Source of the DNA: Thalassobaculaceae bacterium
GTDB lineage: Bacteria > Pseudomonadota > Alphaproteobacteria > Thalassobaculales > Thalassobaculaceae
DNA length: 64,000 bases
Direction of reading: 5' to 3'
NCBI GenBank assembly: GCA_965228875.1
Contig: OZ245843.1
Span: forward strand, 2,214,616-2,278,615
Shown here: positions 57,622-64,000 of the stretch, piece after piece
How positions within the stretch are numbered: the stretch's first letter is position 1
Layout of the letters: the number at the start of each line of letters is the position of its first letter
Position numbers and translations under genes: made by a program
The notes under the pieces: generated by a model
Databases searched by the model: none
Told to the model about the DNA's origin: nothing
Seen by the model: the letters and a program-made list of their open reading frames with translations, nothing else

Positions 57622-59040
57622 ATGGTGAGCCTCGACTTCGCGAATGGCAGAACCTACGCCGTGATGGGCCTCGGAAAATCCGGGGCCGTCGCCGCGCGCG
57701 CGCTGGCCGAAGCCGGCGCGAAGGTCCTCGCCTGGGACGATACCGAGGCGGGCCGCGACCGGGTCGCCGGCATGGCCGGCGTCGACCTGGTCGACCTGGC
57801 GGCCCGCGGTCTCGGCGAGGTCGACGCCCTGGTCCTGTCGCCCGGTATCCCGCACACGCACCCGGAACCCCATCCGGTCGCGGCCGAAGCGAAGGCGCGC
57901 GAGCTGTCGATCATCGGCGACGTCGAGCTGCTGCTGCGGGCCCTGCCCGACCGCCGCGTGGTCGCCATCACCGGCACCAACGGCAAGTCGACCACCACGG
58001 CCCTGATCGCTCACATCCTGGGCGCGGCCCACGTCCCGGCCGAAGTCGGGGGCAATCTCGGCCGCCCGGCGCTGGAGTTCGAGGACCCCGGACGCGACGG
58101 CGCCCTGGTTCTCGAACTGAGTTCCTATCAGTTGGAGATCACACCGTCCCTGGCGCCGACCGTGGCGGTGTGGCTGAACATCACTCCCGACCACATCGAG
58201 CGCCACGGCTCGCTGGCCGGCTACATCGCCGCCAAGCGACGGATCTTCGCCCACCAGATGCCGGGGTCGATTGCCGTGGTCGGGGTCGACGACGCGGATT
58301 CGATCGAGGTCGCCGAGGCGCTGCGCCGCGACGGGCGCCGGCTGATCGAGATCTCCGGCGACGAGCCGGTGGTTGCCGGGGTCTACGCCGACCATGGCAT
58401 CCTGATCGATGCCCGGTCCGGCCAGCCGCACCGCATGCTCGATCTCGGCCTGGCGCCAGCCCTGCCGGGCATCCACAACGCCCAGAACGCCGCCGCAGCA
58501 GCAGCCGCCTGTCTGGCGCTCGGCGTGCCGCGCGAGACCGTCGCCAACGCCATCGTCAGCTTTCCCGGACTGGCCCACCGCCAGGAGCGGGTGGCGGTGC
58601 ACGGCCCGGTCACCTACGTCAACGACAGCAAGGCGACCAACGCCGACGCCACCGCCCGGGCGCTGGCCTGCTACGACGCGGTCTACTGGATCGCCGGCGG
58701 GCGCGCGAAGGAGGGCGGCGTCTCGCCCCTGGCGCCGCTGTTCGGCCGGGTGAAGCGCGCCTATCTGATCGGCGAGAGCGCCGGGACCTTCGTGCGCCAG
58801 ATCGGCGATGGCTGCCCCACCGTTCTGTGCCGCACGCTGGAGAGCGCCGTGCGACAGGCGCATGACGACGCCCAGGCGGACGGCGCGCGGGGTGCCACGG
58901 TCCTGCTGTCTCCCGCCGCCGCGAGCTTCGACCAGTTCCCGAACTTCGAAGCCCGGGGCGATCGCTTCCGCGATCTCGTCGGCGCGCTGACCGACGGCAA
59001 CAACGACGACGGCGACGCCACGCAGCGGAGGGCGTCATGA
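57622..59040 (+). CDS. murD: UDP-MurNAc-L-Ala:D-Glu ligase
   Basis: GLGKSG, TGTNGKST, ELSSYQ, NDSKATN, SPAAASFDQF. Confidence 0.96.
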   Translation: MVSLDFANGRTYAVMGLGKSGAVAARALAEAGAKVLAWDDTEAGRDRVAGMAGVDLVDLAARGLGEVDALVLSPGIPHTHPEPHPVAAEAKARELSIIGDVELLLRALPDRRVVAITGTNGKSTTTALIAHILGAAHVPAEVGGNLGRPALEFEDPGRDGALVLELSSYQLEITPSLAPTVAVWLNITPDHIERHGSLAGYIAAKRRIFAHQMPGSIAVVGVDDADSIEVAEALRRDGRRLIEISGDEPVVAGVYADHGILIDARSGQPHRMLDLGLAPALPGIHNAQNAAAAAAACLALGVPRETVANAIVSFPGLAHRQERVAVHGPVTYVNDSKATNADATARALACYDAVYWIAGGRAKEGGVSPLAPLFGRVKRAYLIGESAGTFVRQIGDGCPTVLCRTLESAVRQAHDDAQADGARGATVLLSPAAASFDQFPNFEARGDRFRDLVGALTDGNNDDGDATQRRAS

Positions 59041-60164
59041 GCGCGATCGCCCGGACCGACCGTTCCGTTCTCGGCCGCTGGTGGTGGACCGTCGACCGCT
59101 GGACCCTCGGCGCCATCCTGCTCATCGTCCTGATCGGCGCCCTGCTGATCCTGGCGGCGAGCCCGGCCGTCGCCGAGCGCATCGACCTCGACAGCTTCTA
59201 CTTCGTGCGCCGGCAGTTCCTGATCCTGCCGGTGGCGATGGCGCTGATGATCGCGGTGTCGATGCTGTCGCCGCTTCAGGTCCGGCGTCTGGCCTCGCTC
59301 GGTCTGGTCGCGACGATCCTGCTCCTCGTGCTGGTGCCGGTGGTCGGCTCCGAGATCAAAGGCGCGACCCGCTGGATCAGCATCGCCGGCTTCTCCCTGC
59401 AGCCCAGCGAGTTCGCCAAGCCGTTCCTGGCCGTCGTCACCGCGTGGATGTTCGCCGAATGGCGCCGGGAACCGGCCTTCCCCGGCCATCTGGTGGCGAT
59501 CGGGCTGTACCTGCTGGTGGTCGCCCTCCTGCTTTCCCAGCCCGACTTCGGCATGACCGTCATGGTCAGCGCCATCTGGTTCGGCCAGTTCTTCCTGGCC
59601 GGCCTGCCGATGATCCTGGTCGGCGCCCTGATCGGCATCGGCGCGGTCGGCGCGGTCGGCGCCTATCTCGTGTTCCCGCATGTCGCCAGCCGGGTGCACC
59701 GTTTCCTCGACCCCGCCTCGGGCGACACCTACCAGGTCGACCGCTCGCTGGAAGCCTTCGTCAACGGCGGCCTGCTCGGCACCGGTCCCGGCGAAGGCAC
59801 GGTGAAGGCCCATCTGCCGGACGCCCATGCCGACTTCATCTTCTCGGTCGCCGGCGAGGAGTTCGGCGGCCTCGCCTGCCTGCTGATCATCGCGCTCTAC
59901 GCCTTCGTCGTTCTGCGCGGCTACGCCAAGCTGCTGTCGGAGACGTCCCTCTTCGTGCTGATCGCGGCCGCCGGCCTGTTCACCCAGATCGCGCTTCAGG
60001 CGCTGATCCACATGGCGTCGGCGGTCAGCATGATGCCGGCCAAGGGCATGACCCTGCCGTTCATCAGCTACGGCGGCTCGTCGCTCCTGGCGCTCGCCTT
60101 CGCCGCCGGCATGGCCCTGGCGCTGACCCGGCGCCGCGGCACCGACCGGGAGGTGCTGGCATGA
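59037..60164 (+). CDS. ftsW: SEDS peptidoglycan polymerase FtsW
   Basis: [34 protein letters not shown]. Confidence 0.96.
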   Translation: MSAIARTDRSVLGRWWWTVDRWTLGAILLIVLIGALLILAASPAVAERIDLDSFYFVRRQFLILPVAMALMIAVSMLSPLQVRRLASLGLVATILLLVLVPVVGSEIKGATRWISIAGFSLQPSEFAKPFLAVVTAWMFAEWRREPAFPGHLVAIGLYLLVVALLLSQPDFGMTVMVSAIWFGQFFLAGLPMILVGALIGIGAVGAVGAYLVFPHVASRVHRFLDPASGDTYQVDRSLEAFVNGGLLGTGPGEGTVKAHLPDAHADFIFSVAGEEFGGLACLLIIALYAFVVLRGYAKLLSETSLFVLIAAAGLFTQIALQALIHMASAVSMMPAKGMTLPFISYGGSSLLALAFAAGMALALTRRRGTDREVLA

Positions 60165-61348
60165 CGGCGGCAGCGACCGTTGGGACCCGTCCGATCGTTC
60201 TCGCCTCCGGCGGTACCGGCGGCCACGTCTTCCCGGCCAAGGCGCTGGCGGAACTGCTGGCGGCGCGCGGTCACCGGGTGGCCCTCGTCACCGACACCCG
60301 CGGCAGCGCCTTCGACGACGCGGCGGCGGGGATCGAAGTGCACAGGATCCGTGCCGGCGGTATCGCCGGGCGCGGCCTCGTGGCCAAGCTCAAAGGTGCG
60401 ATCAAGCTACTGCTCGGATGGCGCGACGCGCGGCGGCTGATGACCGAACTGCAGCCGGCCGCGGTGGTCGGTTTCGGCGGCTATGCCAGCGTGCCGACGG
60501 TCCTGGCCGCCGGCGGTCGCGGCCTGCCCGTCGTGCTGCACGAACAGAACGCGGTGATCGGCCGGGCCAACCGTCTCCTCGCCAACAATGCGACCGTCAT
60601 CGCCACCTGCTTCGAAAGCGTGGACAGAATCCCCGCCAAGGACCGGCGCAAGGTCGTTCTGGTCGGCAATCCGGTGCGCGATTCCGTCAAGGCGGTGCGG
60701 AACGCGCCGCCGGCGCCGCTGATCGAGAACGGAACCCGCGAGATCCTCGTCACCGGCGGCAGTCAGGGCGCCAGCGCCTTCGCCGAGTTGATCCCGGCCG
60801 CCATCGCCCTCCTGCCGGAGGCGCTGCGCCGCCGCCTGCGCATCGCCCAGCAGGCCCGACCGGACGAGGTTCAGCAGGTGACCGACGCGTATGCCTCCCT
60901 CGGCGTGACCGCCGACGTGCGCCGGTTCTTCGACGACATGCCGGCCCGCCTGCGCGCCGCCCATCTGCTGATCTGCCGGTCCGGCGCCTCCACCGTCGCG
61001 GAGAACACCGTCGCCGGCCGCCCTGCCCTGTTGATCCCGTACCCGAGCGCGATCGACGACCACCAGACCGCCAACGCCCACGCCATCGCGGCGGCGGGCG
61101 GCGCCATCGTTCTGCCGCAGCGCGACCTGACGTCGGAACGCCTGGCGGAGCTGCTGACCGATCTGCTCGACGACACCGACCGTCTGACCGCGATGACCGA
61201 AGCGGCCCATGCCTTCGGCCGCCCGGACGCGGTCGAGGATCTCGCCGCCCTGGTGCTGCGCACCGCCGGGAGCGCCGATGCCGTCGGGCCGGCGGCTGGC
61301 GGTGCCGACACAGCCCACGCCCCCGCCACCCGGAGTGCCGCCGCATGA
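60161..61348 (+). CDS. murG: Lipid II GlcNAc transferase
   Basis: [35 protein letters not shown]. Confidence 0.96.
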   Translation: MTAAATVGTRPIVLASGGTGGHVFPAKALAELLAARGHRVALVTDTRGSAFDDAAAGIEVHRIRAGGIAGRGLVAKLKGAIKLLLGWRDARRLMTELQPAAVVGFGGYASVPTVLAAGGRGLPVVLHEQNAVIGRANRLLANNATVIATCFESVDRIPAKDRRKVVLVGNPVRDSVKAVRNAPPAPLIENGTREILVTGGSQGASAFAELIPAAIALLPEALRRRLRIAQQARPDEVQQVTDAYASLGVTADVRRFFDDMPARLRAAHLLICRSGASTVAENTVAGRPALLIPYPSAIDDHQTANAHAIAAAGGAIVLPQRDLTSERLAELLTDLLDDTDRLTAMTEAAHAFGRPDAVEDLAALVLRTAGSADAVGPAAGGADTAHAPATRSAAA

Positions 61349-62877
61349 GAACGATCCCCCTCACGATCGGCACCCTGCACTTCGTCGGCATCGGCGGCAT
61401 CGGCATGAGCGGCATCGCCGAGATCCTGCACAACCTCGGCTACCAGGTGCAGGGCAGCGACATCGCCGAGAACCCGAACGTCAAGCGGCTCAAGCAGCTC
61501 GGCATTCCGGTCTTCGTCGGCCAGACCGCGGAGAACATCGCGGAGGCCGCCATCGTGGTGATCTCGACCGCGATCAAGCCGGACAACCCGGAACTGGTGG
61601 CGGCGCGCGAGCGCATGATCCCGGTGGTCCACCGCGCCGAGATGCTGGGCGAGCTGATGCGGCTGAAATGGTCGATCGCCGTCGCCGGCACCCATGGCAA
61701 GACCACCACCACCTCCCTGGTCTCGGCGGTGTTGGACGGCGGCGGGTTGGACCCGACCGTCATCAATGGCGGCATCATCAACGCCTACGGCACCAACGCC
61801 CGCCTCGGCGAGAGCGAGTGGATGGTGGTCGAGAGCGACGAGAGCGACGGCAGCTTCGTCAAGCTGCCGGCGACCATCGCCATCGTCACCAACATCGACC
61901 CCGAGCATCTGGATTTCCACGGCTCCTTCGAGAACCTGCAGCGGGCGTTCGAGAGCTTCGTGCAGAACATCCCGTTCTACGGCTTCGCCGCCATGTGCCT
62001 GGACCATCCGACGGTGCAGGCGTTGATCCCCCGGGTCTCCGATCGACGGATCGTCACCTACGGTTTCGGCCCTCAGGCGGACGTGCGCGGCGTCGACGTC
62101 GAGGTCACCGCCGCCGGGTCGCGCTTCACCGCCATCATCACCGACCGGGCCCACGGCGGCGAACGACGGATCGAGAACCTGCTGCTGCCGATGTACGGCC
62201 GGCACAATGTGCAGAACGCGCTGGCCGCCATCGTCGTGGCCTCGGAGATGGGCATTCCCGACGAGCAGGTGCGGCGCGGTCTCGAGGGCTTCGCCGGCGT
62301 GAAGCGGCGCTTCACCAAGACCGGAGAGGCCGGCGGCATCACCGTGATCGACGACTACGGCCACCATCCGGTGGAGATCTCCGCCGTGCTTTCCGCCGCC
62401 CGCGCTGCCGCCGGCGACGCCAGGGTCGTCGCCGTGGTGCAGCCGCACCGCTTCACCCGGCTGCGCGACCTGTTCGAGGATTTCTGCACCTGCTTCAACG
62501 ATGCCGACACGGTGATCGTCGCCGATGTCTACGCCGCCGGCGAGGCTCCGATCGACGGCGTCGACCGCGACGCGCTGGTCGCCGGTCTGCGTGCCCGCGG
62601 CCACCGGCGGGTGCTGGCGCTCGCCGATCCGGTGGAGCTTGCCGCCATGGCCGTCGACCAGTGCGGCGCGGGCGACATGGTCGTCTGCCTCGGCGCCGGC
62701 AGCATCACGAACTGGGCCCAGGCGCTGCCCGGCCAGATCGCCCATATCCTCGGGCCGGACGCCGCGGCGGGCGACAGCCAACGGGACAATGGCGGGCCGA
62801 AAGGCGCCGATACGGACCCCGGCCGGACCGTTCCCTTCCCCCTGCGCCGACCCTCCGGCGAAGGCGGTGCAGCGTGA
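61345..62877 (+). CDS. murC: UDP-MurNAc:L-Ala ligase
   Basis: [37 protein letters not shown]. Confidence 0.97.
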   Translation: MRTIPLTIGTLHFVGIGGIGMSGIAEILHNLGYQVQGSDIAENPNVKRLKQLGIPVFVGQTAENIAEAAIVVISTAIKPDNPELVAARERMIPVVHRAEMLGELMRLKWSIAVAGTHGKTTTTSLVSAVLDGGGLDPTVINGGIINAYGTNARLGESEWMVVESDESDGSFVKLPATIAIVTNIDPEHLDFHGSFENLQRAFESFVQNIPFYGFAAMCLDHPTVQALIPRVSDRRIVTYGFGPQADVRGVDVEVTAAGSRFTAIITDRAHGGERRIENLLLPMYGRHNVQNALAAIVVASEMGIPDEQVRRGLEGFAGVKRRFTKTGEAGGITVIDDYGHHPVEISAVLSAARAAAGDARVVAVVQPHRFTRLRDLFEDFCTCFNDADTVIVADVYAAGEAPIDGVDRDALVAGLRARGHRRVLALADPVELAAMAVDQCGAGDMVVCLGAGSITNWAQALPGQIAHILGPDAAAGDSQRDNGGPKGADTDPGRTVPFPLRRPSGEGGAA

Positions 62878-62909
62878 TCATCCTGGCGAAACCACCGCGG
62901 CGACGCGCC

Positions 62910-63836
62910 ATGACCAAACTGATCGACCGACTGCCGCAGGTGCGCGGCACGTACAGCGAGAACGCGCCGCTGGCGCCGCTGACCTGGTTCAAGGTCGGCG
63001 GCCCGGCGGAGGTTCTCTACCGGCCCGCCGACGAGGCGGACCTGATGGACTTTCTCGCCGGCCGCCCGGGCGACGTGCCGGTGACGGTCATCGGCATCGG
63101 TTCCAACCTGCTGGTGCGCTCCGGCGGCGTCGACGGCGTCGTGGTGCGGCTCGGCAAGACCTTCGCCAAGGTCGAGGTCGACGGCGAGCGGGTGATCGCC
63201 GGCGCGGCGGCGCTCGACGTCACCGTCGCCGCCACCGCCCAGAAGGCCTCGCTCGCCGGGCTGGAGTTCCTGTCCGGCATCCCCGGCTCGATCGGCGGAG
63301 CGGTGCGCATGAATGCCGGCGCCTACGGCAGCGAGGTCAGGGACACGCTGATTTCGGCCCGCGCCATCGACCCGCTCGGCCACGCCCATACCCTCACCGC
63401 CGACGACCTCGGCCTGTCCTACCGCCACAGCGACCTGCCCGAGGACTGGATCGTCACCGGCGCCGTCTTTCAGGCGCGGATCGGCGATCCGGCGTGGATC
63501 GCCCGTGCCATCCGTGACATCCGCGACGCGCGGGAGGACACCCAGCCGCGCCGGGTTCGGACCGGCGGCTCGACCTTCGCCAATCCGCCGGGCGGCAAGG
63601 CATGGCAGCTCATCGACGCCGCCGGGTGCCGGGGCCTGACGGTGGGCGGCGCGATAGTGTCGGAGCTGCACTGCAACTTCCTCCTCAATACCGGCGACGC
63701 CACCGCGGAGGATATCGAGACCCTCGGCGAGGAAGTCCGCCGGCGGGTGCAGGAGACCAGCGGCGTCGAGCTGCGCTGGGAGATCCGCCGGATCGGCAAG
63801 CCGGCCGGCACGGCCAGCGCGGGAGGTGCCGCATGA
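62910..63836 (+). CDS. murB: UDP-N-acetylenolpyruvoylglucosamine reductase
   Basis: VGGPA, GSNLL, MNAGAYG, GSTFANP, HCNF; alternative GTG start 62874. Confidence 0.96.
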   Translation: MTKLIDRLPQVRGTYSENAPLAPLTWFKVGGPAEVLYRPADEADLMDFLAGRPGDVPVTVIGIGSNLLVRSGGVDGVVVRLGKTFAKVEVDGERVIAGAAALDVTVAATAQKASLAGLEFLSGIPGSIGGAVRMNAGAYGSEVRDTLISARAIDPLGHAHTLTADDLGLSYRHSDLPEDWIVTGAVFQARIGDPAWIARAIRDIRDAREDTQPRRVRTGGSTFANPPGGKAWQLIDAAGCRGLTVGGAIVSELHCNFLLNTGDATAEDIETLGEEVRRRVQETSGVELRWEIRRIGKPAGTASAGGAA

Positions 63837-64000
63837 GCCGGACCGACACCCATGTCGCCGTCCTGAAGGGCGGCTGGTCGCCGGAGCGCGAGGTTTCGCT
63901 CTCCTCGGGACGGGAATGCGCCAAGGCCCTGCGCATGGCGGGCTTCAAGGTCAGCGAGATCGACGTCGACCGGAAGATCGCCGGCACGCTGGAGGCCATG
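63833..64000 (+). CDS. ddl: D-alanine-D-alanine ligase, 3'-truncated by window
   Basis: VAVLKGGWSPEREVSLSSG N-terminal motif after murB. Confidence 0.92.
   Translation, partial: MSRTDTHVAVLKGGWSPEREVSLSSGRECAKALRMAGFKVSEIDVDRKIAGTLEAM

Overview
High-GC alphaproteobacterial chromosome (Rhodospirillales-like by gene order; inferred). An apparently complete 40,244-bp Mu-like transposable prophage with a contractile tail occupies 9572-49815. It has TG...CA ends and a GGTTC 5-bp target duplication, and sits between rnpB and mraZ. Left flank: ABC-F/Uup (partial), two c-type cytochromes, EamA transporter, AmpD-type amidase, ornithine decarboxylase, a Cpx-like two-component system and RNase P RNA. 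Right flank: the dcw cluster mraZ-rsmH-ftsL-ftsI-murE-murF-mraY-murD-ftsW-murG-murC-murB-ddl (partial). Most notable observations: (1) an AT-richer cassette at the phage left end, with two PAS-like genes downstream of the repressor converging on a GNAT-fold gene, a speculative signal-making/sensing module for the lysis-lysogeny switch; (2) a protease-scaffold-capsid polyprotein with 15 hydrophobic-x-E-A motifs before, and none within, the capsid domain; (3) com followed by two DNA methyltransferases that each carry a similar leader; (4) readable cis-elements (end repeats, IHF site, operators, late-promoter palindromes, frameshift site, LexA-like and MraZ-like boxes). All calls come from reading motifs and synteny by eye; no database searches were run.
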